From contig OZ024745.1 of assembly GCA_964016885.1 (NCBI GenBank), forward strand, positions 17,980,001 through 18,044,000: 64,000 bases of DNA, written 5' to 3'. The position numbers were made by a program, and so were the translations under genes. Below the pieces are notes generated by a model. The model did not search any database and was not told the origin of the DNA. It saw only the letters and a list, made by a program, of their open reading frames with translations. Every line of letters starts with the position of its first letter. Position 1 is the first letter of the stretch. This stretch comes from Eledone cirrhosa. Taxonomy: Eukaryota. Positions 1 through 15,316 of this stretch are shown piece after piece.

Positions 1-122
1 TTAATATTTACTTCTTTCAGTAATGATTAGAGAAATTTTATTAGCATTAACTAAGGAAGAAATACAATTGAACATCGCTAGATGTTTTATTTATTTTCAA
101 TGTAAACAACACCTAGATACAG

Positions 123-716
<594 letters not shown>

Positions 717-1291
717 ACATATGTACATGTAAATATATAAATGCGTCTGTATCTATGTGCATTTGGCTATATCTGGAGTTGTCGGTGTCGCTATGTTTGA
801 ATATATATTACTGTAAATTGAACAAGCGATGCATGTTCAGAAACCAAACAATATATGTGTATGCATATGTATATCACCTTCATATATATATAGGTTTAAA
901 TATAAATCATGCGTGAGTATGAAGGTTTGTTAATACTTTTCAATAGATATAATTATTGCTGTATTTGCATATAGCCAAAGAGATTCTTTAGATAATTTTG
1001 TAAACAGATCATCTTTCAATATTATTTTGTAGCTACTTGTTTCAGACTCCAGGTAAAATCCTTATAAATGCTATTTCTTACTGATAATAATGGAATGTTC
1101 GTTTCTTTATATTGGTTCCTCTTGTGGTTCGTTTCAAGAAACTATATATTAAATATTACTTTATGTTTTTATCCATATCCAATTACGATTGCATTCGTAA
1201 ATATGTGACTGGACAACCTTTATTTTAATATAATATTTGATTCAGTAAGCGGAGAGTTAAACAGCCGGTTTCATTTATAAAATATATAATG

Positions 1292-1451
1292 GGGAGTAAT
1301 GTAATAATAGCATGAATAAATATAAATGTTCATGTATGTATAATCGCACACAAATACACACATTATATATATATATATAATGTGTGTATTTGTATGCGAT
1401 TATACATACATGAACATTTATATTTATTCATGCTATTATTACATTACTCCC
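1292..1451. repeat. Near-perfect ~160-bp palindrome centred on a short (TA)n
   Basis: gggagtaatgtaataatagcatgaataaatataaatgttcatgtatgtataatcgca... is mirrored exactly except for one mismatch. Confidence 0.9.
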
Positions 1452-1456
1452 ATATG

Positions 1457-1557
<101 letters not shown>

Positions 1558-1715
1558 TTAGTTATACTATTTATGGTTATGTAAACACAAAACCTTAAGC
1601 AGTTGTAAGCATTTTACACACACCCTAAATAGTGGTAGGCAGTAATGTATTACTACCTTATTACCAGTAAGTTAAGTAGCTCAATGTAAAAACATCAGAT
1701 GATTTACAGAGCAGT

Positions 1716-2747
1716 TATATGAAATATAAGAATCAAAGAACTGTTCAAAACATTATTGTGCTTACAGCTGTTTCCTCCAAACCGAGGTTTGGATTCTTCG
1801 GAGCAATTTATTAATGCATGGACAGTTATATGACCTCCTTTTCAGCCGAGAGACATACCAAATACATATTCAAACATTGATACATATTCAAACATTGTGG
1901 GTCAACATTCATTACAGAATTTAGAGTGGCAGTACACACTTCGAGATTACATTTATATTACAAGCAAAAATCAAAGATATAGGTTAAAGTACAACATGAA
2001 GATAAGTGGTTATATAGTGCAAATGTTATATGTGTGGCACGCATGTGCGTCTTGTTTATATAGTGTGGCAGAGAGATATGTGTGGTAGAGGCACTTAGGT
2101 AGGTAAATAAGAGTGTTAGGTTGGTAGGTCTGGTGGCAAAGTCTTTATATGATTGATATAGTCTGTGTGTGGAGAAATATTATAAGCATTAAAGATAGTG
2201 CAAGCATTAAAAGTGTTATAAGTATTGGAGATGCACAGCGCAGGGATGTCAGGTAATTCATGTACTTCGGCATTTTCATGGTCAAGGGAGTGTATATTTC
2301 GATTATATGCCTTTCACATAATCCACGACAATCCAGTTAGAGATCGTAGTCTGGTGTTCTTTAGTTCGATACAGGAGGTTGTTACGTTTCGAGAAACGCC
2401 ATTGAATACAGGAAGTGTGTGTGTGGCTAAGGGGAGTTAATGCATGCGGGGAGGTAACTCTGGGGTTTCTATATCTAGCCATTAAAATGTGTCCCAATAT
2501 AGACCCTAAATTCTATGGTGAGGTGCACCTTCCAAGAGAGACTTTTAAAGCATAAAGTGTACTAACTATAGAGTAGTTTAACTAAATTATGCTGAAGGTG
2601 ATCATATTATTATTAAGGTGGATTAACCCATCTTAAGGTGCTACAAATGGAAATTATAGATGATGAGCGAGGATTCTAAATTAATGATCTCTGTGGTTGT
2701 AGTCTGCTCATATGACCAGGCGCGGTGATTGCAGGATTGCTTCAGGA
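1716..2747. repeat. Left arm of ~1.03-kb inverted repeat (3' UTR/pLTR of Naiad #1)
   Basis: Reverse complement of 5643-6678 with only a few differences; the ORF track shows the same spurious peptides on opposite strands. Confidence 0.95.
1759..1805 (-). ncRNA. Minimal type I hammerhead ribozyme motif (Naiad #1 3' end)
   Basis: tgct-CCGAAGA-a-tccaaac(ctcg)gtttgga-g-GAAA-cagctg-TA-agca; palindromic stem III; U4C core variant. Confidence 0.75.
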
Positions 2748-3159
2748 CCCAATGATCTCTGGTAAGATCTGGGTCATCGCTTGCTACATTGGATGTCGAA
2801 AGATAATCGTCCCCAGGCAGGCCAAAGGTCAATCCGCAGTCCTCGCGACCCCTCTCTGACCGTCAGATCATCCATATACGTACAACCCGCACGGCAGTTG
2901 TATTGCATTCACTCACTGCGCTCAGCAGCCCGGTCCTACTGGTCAACAGCGCTACTCGATTAAATCATTTTACATCTGTCTAAGGAAGGTGTTTCCTCTG
3001 CCCAACACCATCCAACCGATCAATTCATGCTCAAATTACCCTTAGAGCGGTGTAGTGCCATCAAGTGGGTGGATGTTGTCACACCTGCCGTAGAGGTATA
3101 AATGGGTATTTTCCCTGCGAAGGGTTCCAGAGGGATGTCGTTGTTTGTGTTATAATGGA

Positions 3160-5642
3160 TCAGCTAGTGTTGGGTATGTAGTATAGGGTGTGTTTCTGGT
3201 GTTTGATGCTAGATGTGGTGTTAGGTTCCAGTCCGACATTGCTATATATAGGGCTTAAATTTTGGAAGGAATGTCTGAGGCGGTGCTGGCAAGTTGCAAA
3301 CACCTCAGATTTTTTGTTAAGTAGGTTACGGTTGGAGAAGATAATATTGTGTGTCTCTAGTATACAGAGGTTACAGAATTTATTAGGTGGTTTGTACGAG
3401 GTCGCGCTGCCTATCACTTCCCATTTGAGTGTGTATGGTTTATTTTTAGATTTTAGATAGTGTATGTAGCTAGAAAGTGAGGTGGAGTTGGCTAGGCTGT
3501 GCTTTTTGAACGAGTGGATGTGCGAGTTATATCTGATTTTGAAGCAGTTAGAAGTGGAGCCTACATAGGTTTCTGAAGAGTTATTAGTCGTGACTGTGCA
3601 TGAGTATATGACATCCTTGGTTAGGCATTTTTTATCTAAAGGGCAGGTTCTATTAGCTCTACAGTTACAATTATTCTGTGCGTTAGTCCGCTGGTTATAA
3701 TGCAATGCGGAAGTCTGTGTGGTGGATATAGGATTTTGGGTGTTCGGGTTGGCAACCCTGGTGTTATTACTTATACTAGTGTTATTTCTATTGTTACTGC
3801 CGTTGCTATTGTTGCTTGCTACAGTGGTATTTAGAGGGTTTGCATCCTGTTGTGATTTTGTTTGTTGGAAGTAAGAACTAATTTTACTATTATTGCTGCT
3901 AGCTATGTGGTATGCTAAGTTAGGCGTCGTAGAGTATGAGATTTTAATGGTGTTTTTGTTTAAGAGGTTGTGGTACTTGTGTCCTAGAGGGAAGTTTTTA
4001 TCTAGTAGTGAGAAGAAAGCCCTAGGTATGTTGGTGGAGACATTTAGGTTGAAAGGAGGGTTGAAAAATGTATTATTTCTTCTTCTATTTTTGCTTTTAG
4101 TGTTTGGTGTGTTGCTTCCTCCTAAGGCCTCACAGTAGTTTCCATGGTAATGGTTACTTCCTGTGGCACCCTCCGCTTTGGTGTACTTGTGGTTGCTATT
4201 CCTATTATTAGATTTCCTCATGGACATGTTGTGCGAGATTATGTTGTAGCTATGTGTTTTCTTAGGTAGGAACTCAATTTCTATATTATGGCCGGAGCTA
4301 GCTAATGCTTGATTGTAATATTGTGAGTTTTTGCTAAATATGTTTGCGTCATAGGACAGACTAGAGATTCTATTGGACACCCCCTTAGAGATAGAGTTTA
4401 ATATTGATCTAGGGTGATTAGACTTGGTATCTACGTAAATAAGTTTCTCATTAGGCTTATGGAAAGGTGTATATATTTTTGAGTCTAGGTATAGTGTGGC
4501 GTCTAGGAAGTTAACATTTTTAGTGTTTTTGTCCATGGTGATACTAAGGTTAAAGTTTTTGAATGTCTTATGCAGTTGTTTTCTAGTTCTTTCTATATTA
4601 AATTTTTTATATTCTATGAGTAGAAGTGCATCATCGCGGTACAAACCACCGTTGAGGTAAGGGAGGTCTTTATGGATTTCATTGAGGAGGTATAGGCCGA
4701 CCAAATCAGTGACCTGCGCCGAGTCACTAGATCCCATGGTTATGTCGAAGTTGTTGTGCGTATCCTTGCGTGTCCATAGTTGGTCCTCGACGGTGATTAT
4801 GGTTTTACGGGCCGCAAGGATGACATCAACCTGGGCTCTAGTCAGGTCGCTATTGGTCATGGCCATGATAAGTGCCTTATTTAATAGGATAGGGGAAATA
4901 GAGATGTAGTATGAATTGATATCAAATTGAATAAATTTGTTGTTCTTATTATTCTTGATATCCTTAAACCATTCAATTACTTCACCCGTATTTCCCCATT
5001 GTTTAAGGTGTATCTTGTGTTTAATTTGTGGGATGATTTTATCCAAAATCTTCTTGCTGATAATACCAATGTCGGACTTGGAAGGGCAGATAAGTCTTAT
5101 CGTGGGGTTGCTGATGAAGTTCTCCTTATGGTCCTTCAGAGAGAATCTAGGGGGGTTCGGAGTGAAAGGTTGTGTATGCCTCTGTAGTCCTAGTTTAGAC
5201 ACTATATTATAACCCTCTACATTAATATCTTCTAAGTTTTTCAAGGTGGTTTTTTTGTAGCTTTTATGTAGTTCATTATATATAAACTTTCTATAAGTAA
5301 TATAATCTAGGCTGTATGTGTTATTAGTTTTATCTGCGTGTACAATAATTTTATTACTAGTTTTGAATCCACTAATAGAAGTGTTAAGTTTGTTTAAGAA
5401 GGTGTTGCTTCTAATATGGTGCTTATTGTATTTAATGTTCTTAACTAGTTTAACTAGGTCATTTTCAAAGGAGTTAAGTAGAGTGTTATGAGGGGGGCTT
5501 TTAAAGGTTTTAAAGCCGAAGGAGTCAAAATTGTTAGTATTATTCAAGTTGTTAGATTTGTTTCTATCATAATGGAATGTCCTCCATCTCACTCTATTGA
5601 TAAATGAATTTACACTGTTGATCAGCAATTTCTCATATGTAT

Positions 5643-5661
<19 letters not shown>
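3160..5661 (-). CDS. Naiad PLE polyprotein: reverse transcriptase + GIY-YIG endonuclease (833 codons, no stops; extreme N-terminus replaced by the inverted pLTR)
   Basis: FINRVRW..FGFKT..PP..FENDL N-terminus, ADKT motif, QFDINSYY (motif A), MGSSDSAQVTDLVG (B'), GLYRDD (C), FLD, CNCR..CPL..CL knuckle, VIY..TYVG, CNLC, LLNKKSE..CQH. The track start is a TTG lying inside the inverted repeat. Confidence 0.93.
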
Positions 5662-7094
<1,433 letters not shown>

Positions 7095-7139
7095 ATATAT
7101 ATATATATATATATATATATTTAAAAAATATGTATTTAA

Positions 7140-7442
7140 AAAAAAACCTTTGTGAGCCCCTTTTTTTAAGTAAAAAGAAATTCAAACACTCATATATGAA
7201 AAAACAACCTGAGCCCCCCCTCTTTGAAGAACTTTGTAACGCGAACCGGCGTGAAATTTATTATACTTATTGACCAACCAATCAAATTACTTCGCTAAAA
7301 ATCTGGCATTTCGAGCCACTTTTTTCCATATAAAAAAGTAACATTCAAAGACCAACCAGATGTGAGAAAAACCACAGACCCTCCATCTCAACTCTACTTT
7401 TGAAAAGCAGAAGAACTGCGAAACCGGTAAAGGAACCAAATA
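7140..7442 (+). mobile_element. Partially tandem 3' tail (pLTR) of a Neptune-like PLE with decayed hammerheads
   Basis: Two copies of gagcc(a/c)cttttt...taaaaa...gcgaa(a)ccgg; cttt-TGAAAA-gca..tgc-GAAA-ccgg-TA-aag at 7397-7433; resembles 48481-48610 and the Neptune pLTR. Confidence 0.55.
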
Positions 7443-7492
7443 AATATATATATATTTTTTTAAATACATACCAGAGTATGATTGTTTAATAT

Positions 7493-7597
7493 AGAAATGG
7501 CTTCTACAGGACTAGAAATGTTCCATTCGGGTAAAATCGTCAGAGCTCCCTGATGATTCCTCCCGAATGAAACACTTCTAGTCCTGTAGAAGCCATT

Positions 7598-7600
<3 letters not shown>
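7493..7600. mobile_element. 108-bp fold-back made of two head-to-head hammerhead-bearing PLE tails
   Basis: agaaatggcttctacaggactagaa...ttctagtcctgtagaagccatttct; CTGATGA..GAAA..ctg-TA on + and CTGACGA..GGAA..ctg-TA on -. Related copies at 41799 and 56749. Confidence 0.7.
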
Positions 7601-7694
<94 letters not shown>

Positions 7695-8190
7695 TTGTGC
7701 GTGTGTACGTGCGTGTGTGTATGTACACGTGCGTGTATGCATGTGTATATGTACACACGCGCACACACACACATATATATATATATATGGATGTATTAAT
7801 ATACATATGTGCATGCATATACAAATTCAACTAGCTAGAGGAGAGACAACGAAATAGACATCATTCTATTGAAGAGTTATTCGTTGTAGTGTTTGTAGTG
7901 TATCACTATATCTAGAATATCTCCTGGGCGTGGCTGCGGCACAGACCATAACCATAAAACCCCGCAAAGAAAACGAAACCTGAATCAATGACAACTATAG
8001 TTGCTTAAAGCATAGAGGCTACCGTTTATATCAATGTCCTGAATCTACTGGAAAAGGAACAATATGTTTTAGGATATTAAATAGACTGTGTCGATTGCTG
8101 CAGAAAGTAGATTGCTACTGAAAGTAGAAACCCAGAAAACTTATCTGCCAACACAGACACACCCGCACATATACATATAAAGATATGTGT

Positions 8191-8294
8191 GTATGTATGT
8201 ATGTATGTATGTATGTATGTATGTATGTATGTATGTATGTATGTATGTATGTATGTATGTATGTATGTATGCATGCATGTATGTATGTATGTAT
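8191..8294. repeat. (TATG)n microsatellite
   Basis: Tandem tetranucleotide. Confidence 0.95.
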
Positions 8295-9892
8295 GATGTG
8301 TCAATAATTGTCACAAGTGTAGTGTTTGTACCAGAGTTTTCAAGTCGCTGGCTGGACTAAAAAGTCACACTTGTTCAGCGCATCGGTAGGGGTTCTCCTA
8401 CATGGATATAAAGTAGTGGCCGTACTCGAAAACGAGTTGGCAGCCACCATGTATGTATGTGTGGATGGATGGATGTATATACGTACGTATATATGTATAT
8501 ATACAAATACACACTTATTATTTCTTCCTTTCCGCCATTATTTACATGCGTGTGTGTGTGTGCATGCGCTTGTGTATTAGCTAGACAGATATTGGCAGGG
8601 AGTGAGACAAACATATTGAGAGAGGGGGAAATGAGAGAGATTATTTGGGAGAGAACTTGTAATTCATAGGGTCTTAGCTAATTTATTACGTCACGTTTCA
8701 AGATAAAATGCTATTTTATTAGAACATCGTTATGGGATCTTAGCGCTTACTATAGAAATCAACCGATTTTCAGCTTGGCTAGTTAAAATGTATTAGTAAA
8801 CCAGTCTTCTGGGAAAGAATGTAGCCGAATCTATCATTAAAAGAACAAGCTTGAAATTACCCATTGGTAATAGCATGTACATTATATTATGAGATATTAC
8901 AGTGGTTGTGAAAGGAATTGCTGTTAACATGAAGCTAATTTAATATTGTGCAACATCTGAAATCTACATTCATTGTATGTTGATTTGAGCATGAATTATT
9001 TGCTTTGATCTTGAAACGAACGGAAATTTAGCTTGCCTGTAGATACCGAAATAACGATTTCATTCATTTTCTAAATTGCATAAACGCCCGAGCGTCAGAA
9101 CGAAAACATAATTTTCAGCACCAATGCCCATTATCCCCAACATATTAAATATCAAAATTTAGTGGTTACATATGGCTTTATCATAAATGTATGAATATCA
9201 TAATAATGAATTAATATTTTATACATATGGTAATTCAAATTTGCCTTACAACTTATGTTCAGTATGATGCGCAATGTACATCAATAATACTGTAAAACAA
9301 ATAGCTTCTGGAAAATCAGAATTACGGAATTATTCTATTACGTTAATGATAGTAGAAACCTCAATGGACATATTAGTGACAAGATATATAACTGATTTTA
9401 AAGATCTGGAAACACACATAATTGTTAATAGATATGAATGATGCGTGGATTGTAGAACAGTAGAGACAGAAAAATGCATTATGGTGTTTCGTCATGCCAT
9501 TATAGTTTCTGAGCTCAACCCTTGTTCGTGTTCACTTTGATTTTCAATTTCCAGATTTTAATAAATGAATACTAGGGTCAATTTAATCAATAATACCTTG
9601 ATAACTGAGCAGCTTCCTCTGAATGGGTGTTCGAAGATATATTGCCTTTTCATTTTATTCTTATTTTCGTCCTCAAATATCCAATGCACACAAATAAAAG
9701 TTCCAACCAGCTTCAGACTTTCGAAAGTATATTTGCTGCTACACTCTTCCCCGGCTACCACATGGGTACATCACCAAACCAAGGAGGAGAAATACCGAGA
9801 GAAAATCTAGAGAGTAAGTGATTCTTTCGGAGAAGCTGCTGTTACTTAGAGCTGAGTTGTTAAAGGTGGCCTTGCTAGAAGAGGGGTTGAAT

Positions 9893-9940
9893 ACCCTCTT
9901 ACTGATGATATTAATGAGAATTTTGAAAACTATAAGGGGT
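9893..9940 (+). ncRNA. Candidate minimal hammerhead motif
   Basis: accc(t)ctta-CTGATGA-weak stem II-GAAA-ac-TA-taaggggt; stem I has 8 bp with one bulge. Confidence 0.4.
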
Positions 9941-11532
9941 GGTTAGAGTCCTTATGTGGGTGTAGCTAATTGATGTTTAGAAGGTCACCGACACGCATAA
10001 CGAAAATCACTTCTCATACGTACACTATTTGGTTACGTGCGTCGGTGGATTTCTAAAATCCAATTCCTCAATTTTACTAATTTAAACCATACTCCCTTAG
10101 AAGGAATGCTTCATTCTACAATTATAAGGCATTAGGAAGATAATTTGGCCGAAGTTGCGGAAGGATTTTGGCTCACATTTATATAATTACATGTCTGATA
10201 GATAGAGTCCTGAGCTGACGATAAATAACAGTAACCACCAGAGCAAATTGTGATTATTTATTTAATAAGCTACATCTGAATAGAATTTGAAATCGACCCT
10301 GCTACATTTTCAATGGACGCAAGCAACATATTTCCATTTCCTCAATACTCCACTCATATCCATAAATCATTAATATTCATGACTATTTACAAATTTTAAT
10401 TGTATTTATGACCTTTAAAATGTATTCGTTGTTTGTGCAATGACCAAAATTTACATTATTCCCGTACGATTACATGTTGGCAACTATAGGAAAAAGTTTG
10501 ATAGCATGCTATTTTAAATTTTTCATAGGTAGAAACTGATTGTGTAGGGCATTAGAAAGGACATAATTTGATTGTCAATAGGAGTAATAGTGAGTTGTAG
10601 AGGAGGCACGAAACAAACCAGAAAGCAGAAAACTAGCAACAATGTGTGCAGGGTTTGGAATTGTTTTGATAATGTCCCACCGCCAAGTGTTTGAGTTGCA
10701 CCATCATCTTACCAAACCTAACACAAATAGTCTATTGTGGTTCTCAATTGGTTGAATGATGATAAATATACGGTCATTATACACAGGTTGTTTCTATAGA
10801 CGTTCTTAGTGATGCTTCTGATCTGACACAACATATCGATGTAAAGGAATTCTATATGTGACTTTTGAATGTATTTTTAAGGTCACTAGATTTTTCAGAT
10901 GCTAGGTGGTGTTTGATGGTGTCATGAGGGACGAGTTAGAGTTTCTTCCGTTATATAGCTGTAACATTTCATACGAATCTGTTTGTCATTTCTTCTACAT
11001 ACTAGCGATTGAATCTTCTGTTGAAATATGAGACTATTTCACGTGTAATAAACATTAAACAGTCATAACACATCTGCAATTTAATACAAGAGAAATATCA
11101 TGGCTGCCTGTCATGTTGCCTTCATTTAGGTAATATCGAATAATCTGTTATATGGAAAGTTAATACTTTCCATACAACAGAATTGAATTTGATGGGTTAA
11201 ATGAAATGAAAGAAGGCATTTATTCTGTAATCGCTGAAATAATGCAATCATCAAGGGCAAAGTTGAAGAAATCTGATTTATTTCTACCGATATTTAGATG
11301 TTTTCTTTCATATTTCGGAATTACTGCCTCACTTTATTCAACCTTTCTATCACCTTCCGGTGACTATTATATAACATAATTACCAGTAAGTGTAGGAAGA
11401 CCATACAATTGTACACACCCATAAAAATATGTGGCGCAGCTTTTATTTAATTCTTTCCGTGACTGAATATTAGCTGTATGTCTCGATTAAATTCTATTTC
11501 TCTCATATCCATGTAATATTATATAACATAAC

Positions 11533-11589
11533 AAAGTACCAGTAATGCACTGGGTAATTGCTGGCCTTGTGCCAAAAGTCGAAACAATT
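11533..11589 (+). mobile_element. SINE 3' fragment
   Basis: aaagtaccagtaatgcactgggtaattgctggccttgtgccaaaagtcgaaacaatt matches the SINE tail. Confidence 0.8.
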
Positions 11590-12304
11590 ATATAACATAA
11601 CAATATTGAACACAATAAACTATAAGCACAATCTCGACGAAAGGCAGATTCTATTGGAAATTCTATTTGAGTATTATATTATCAAGTTTATAACCCCGTC
11701 TAATCATTTATAACATAGCCGAACATGAGTTCATGAATTTCGTTTTAAGTACAACAGGGTGAATAATTGGAGAGCCTCGAATAAATAATTTAGGCAAACG
11801 TAGATCAACAATAAAACACCTCTTTCTGACTTACATGTCCGGGGATTAGATTTTAATTTGATTTCAGAAAGTTCAATCGGGGGTAAACATACAAGATATA
11901 CTTGTCAATATAATAGAAAATGATTTCAAGAAATGTAATAATTTTGCAGAATATGTAGTGATGTTGTAAACAGTATTGTATTAATATCATGTATATTTGC
12001 ATGCTTGTTACTATCTCGAAATAAAGTGTGCGTACGCCATTAAAATATCTTAATCTGCGACAATTATTCAGGGAATTCAGAAATATTTGGTAAATTTCGG
12101 TAAATTTTCTATAAGCCAGTGATTTTCCGAACTATCCACCTATGTTTTAATAACATAAACACACAAACCATTAACATGCACATTCGGCTAACCATAAATG
12201 CGAAGGTAAATACATACGTGCACATCAATATATTCAACATTCCATATGTAAACAAGCACAGATGTAGGCGACTGTATGTCTGCATGTAAATATACATAGT
12301 GTAT

Positions 12305-12365
<61 letters not shown>

Positions 12366-12366
<1 letters not shown>

Positions 12367-12547
12367 CGAAGGAATTGTGGTAAAGAACCAGATGGACCAT
12401 AACGCACCAGAGTACTCAATACTTAGGGTAGTAGAGTGTAATAGTATGACCCCGACGGCAGAGCTCAAGCCGTTTTGAGTCGAAATTCGACGGTCCAGAA
12501 ATAGCTGTCGAAACGGCTTGAGCTCTGCCGTCGGGGTCATACTTTTT

Positions 12548-12549
<2 letters not shown>
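12366..12549. mobile_element. Miniature inverted PLE tail (Naiad #2 family) with 33-bp perfect inverted arms at 12443-12475 and 12511-12543
   Basis: Arms are the 3' half of the hammerhead at 60781 (GAAA-cggcttgagctc(t/a)gccg-TC-ggggt); (TA)n on both sides. Confidence 0.75.
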
Positions 12550-12604
<55 letters not shown>

Positions 12605-12966
12605 AGAGAGAGAGAGAGAGAGAGAGATGGGGAGGGGCTACTGATAGATAGCTACAGATGTACCGAGATAGCGAGATATACGTGGAGAGAGACAGGTAGT
12701 GAGACAGACAGAAAAGGAGAAATAGGGAAATAATATAAGAGCGGTCTCCTGAGCAAATCATGAAAACAGAACAGATTATATACATGTTTGCCATTAAAAA
12801 TTAATATAGCACAGACATCAATGTCGACCATAAAGAGAGCTTCGTGCGGATATATTCATTTTGCATGGAATGTTTGTCCTGAAGTTATTAGGTTATATCC
12901 GAAATGAAAAATATTTCAGTAGTCATCTTGTAAACACTGGAAACATATTGGAAATATCGTTCCAAA

Positions 12967-13449
12967 TGTGATTTATGTGCTTCAATAATTGAAAATATGG
13001 GATCGACAGAAATGATTACAGCGTTATGACTAAAATCTACACACAAATAAAGAAAGAAATTGAGCAATAGATAGATAGACAGGTAGATAGTGAGCTAAGG
13101 TTATAAATAGAGAGTGGGTAACAGATAAACGCAGATACACACATATTTAACATGTAAACATACCAGAAAATACGAATTTCCCTATATATATAAATATGTG
13201 TGTGTCTGTGTGTATGTATGCATATATATACATATAGGGAAATTCGTATTTTCCGGTATGTTTACATGTTAAATATGTGTATATCTGCGTGTATCTGTTG
13301 CCCACTCTCTATCTTAGCACTCTATCTACCTGTCTATCTATCTATCTGTCGCCCAATTTCTTTCTTCATTTGTATAAAGATTTTACTTATAACGCTGTAG
13401 CCATTTCTGTCGATTCCATATTTTCAATTCTTGAAGCACATAAATCACA
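12967..13449. repeat. Older inverted duplication, arms ~12967-13186 and ~13232-13449, with a TA-rich spacer
   Basis: tgtgatttatgtgcttcaa...gaaaatacgaatttccctatat is mirrored with scattered mismatches. Confidence 0.85.
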
Positions 13450-13732
13450 CACACACACACACACACACACATATAAAACATTTATGCTTTCATATATTTT
13501 TATATCTGTATATCTGTTTGACCCGAAATAGGAGATCGAATCTTCGCTGTGTGAATAATTAGTTTAACCACCATCTCAGTGTGTTTGGCCTTTAACGTAA
13601 GTTGTAAGCTCTAATTCTTTTGAATTATTGAGCGCTTGCCTCACAATTCGAAAGTGTTTTTTCGTTATTTCATAGGCTGAAATTCGATTCTCGCTAATTT
13701 TTACTTGTATATATCCATCTTCGTGATTTAAG

Positions 13733-13806
13733 ATCTAACACCAGGATCCAATCAAACATTCCATTATCTGCTCAAGATCTTGTCTCCTGTACTAAACGTA
13801 TTTATG
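13733..13806 (+). CDS. Candidate 74-nt host exon of a papain-family (C1A) cysteine protease
   Basis: AG acceptor and GTAAGG donor enclose an open frame SNTRIQSNIPLSAQDLVSCTKRIYG, matching the LSxQxLVxCxxxxYG motif. No catalytic-site exons were found in the window. Confidence 0.45.
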
Positions 13807-15172
13807 GTAAGGTACGTAGAATCAAAATTAATATATGTTTATTTGAAAATGCAGAAGCTGTTTAAACTGCTATGATCGTCTGATGACGATACCCCACTAA
13901 TTATATAACTGCAACTCTATAATTTTGAGATATATAGCAAAATGCGGAGTGTGTTTACGTGATATTTGGATTTTGTATTAACTTTTTTTCTCTTTTAAGT
14001 GACAAGTGTATAATGTAAACGATTAGACCTTGTGGTTCAATAATAAATTAAACTTGATTATGCACAACGTTCTTCAATATAATCTACCTACTTGGTTATA
14101 CTATATAGCATACTTGAATTAAGAAGGTAGGCTGTTATTTAGTATACGGTTGCTAGAAGCTTACGTATAATATCCATGAATCGTGTGTTAACTTGTGCTA
14201 CACGATGTTACTTATTTTTTGTTCTGGGATATTATATTGTATATCCGTCAACATCGATGATGACTGTCCAAATCGAACGTTGATAGCTCTTTACCTTAGG
14301 TTTTTCTATTTAAATGCTGTTATCTTGGGGAGAACATCAAATTTAAATTGTTTCTTGCATATTTGTATCTTAGTTTCGCTCTAGCTTCATTTCACATAAC
14401 GCTAAAGAACCGTAAATAAAGTGTCTGCATTGGAAAGCAAGGCTTACTTTCCAAGGTTGGGCATACCCAAGCCAATGAAGATTTTTTTCTATAACTATAT
14501 CTTCTATATTACATAATATAACTTTATGTCTCATGGTTTTAATTTTCTCTTCCCGGAAAATGTTTATTAATAAGGAACTACAATTCATGAACATTGACTA
14601 ATGTAATGGTTACATCTTATACTATTGCTTTCATATAACAAGGGATATTATATACGTACTCCTTTAGCGAGTATCTTTGAAATTACAGCAGAAGCTCTAA
14701 CACTTCTATGGTAAATGAGTAAATTTCACACCGATAAAATAACAATAAAAAGAGAATGTTTGTAAGTAATTATCAGATCTAGTACTTTGTATTGGTCACT
14801 TTAAAGACGGCGTCCCCTTGGATGGCTGTCACCAGCTTGTTTTATCTTTCTCTTTGGGATGAGAGTTAATGAAAATATGTTATCATATTAGCGAATTGTT
14901 GTAGAAATTAATAAATATGCATGGTTAATTTATCTCTTTTATCTGTTATGATGTTTACATTTTATTCCTTTATAAATATTACATAGCTGAAATACACAAT
15001 AATCAAATTTCAAGCTTCACATCAGTTCTTCAAATAGATATATTCCCTCTGCTAACATATTCTAACTGAACATATCATTTTCATACAACTATGTGCCTCG
15101 TCTTCCTATTAATTATGTAATACTCTCCTTCTTTACTCAAATATTCGCTTGGCCATCATCTCAAACTATATA

Positions 15173-15174
<2 letters not shown>

Positions 15175-15231
<57 letters not shown>

Positions 15232-15316
15232 CTCTCCCCCTCTCTCTCTCTCCCTCTCTCTCTGTCTCTATATATATATCTATCTATCTCCCTCTCCATC
15301 TCACTCTCTCTCTCTC
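15175..15316. repeat. (TC)n microsatellite
   Basis: Tandem dinucleotide, degenerate at the 3' side. Confidence 0.9.
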
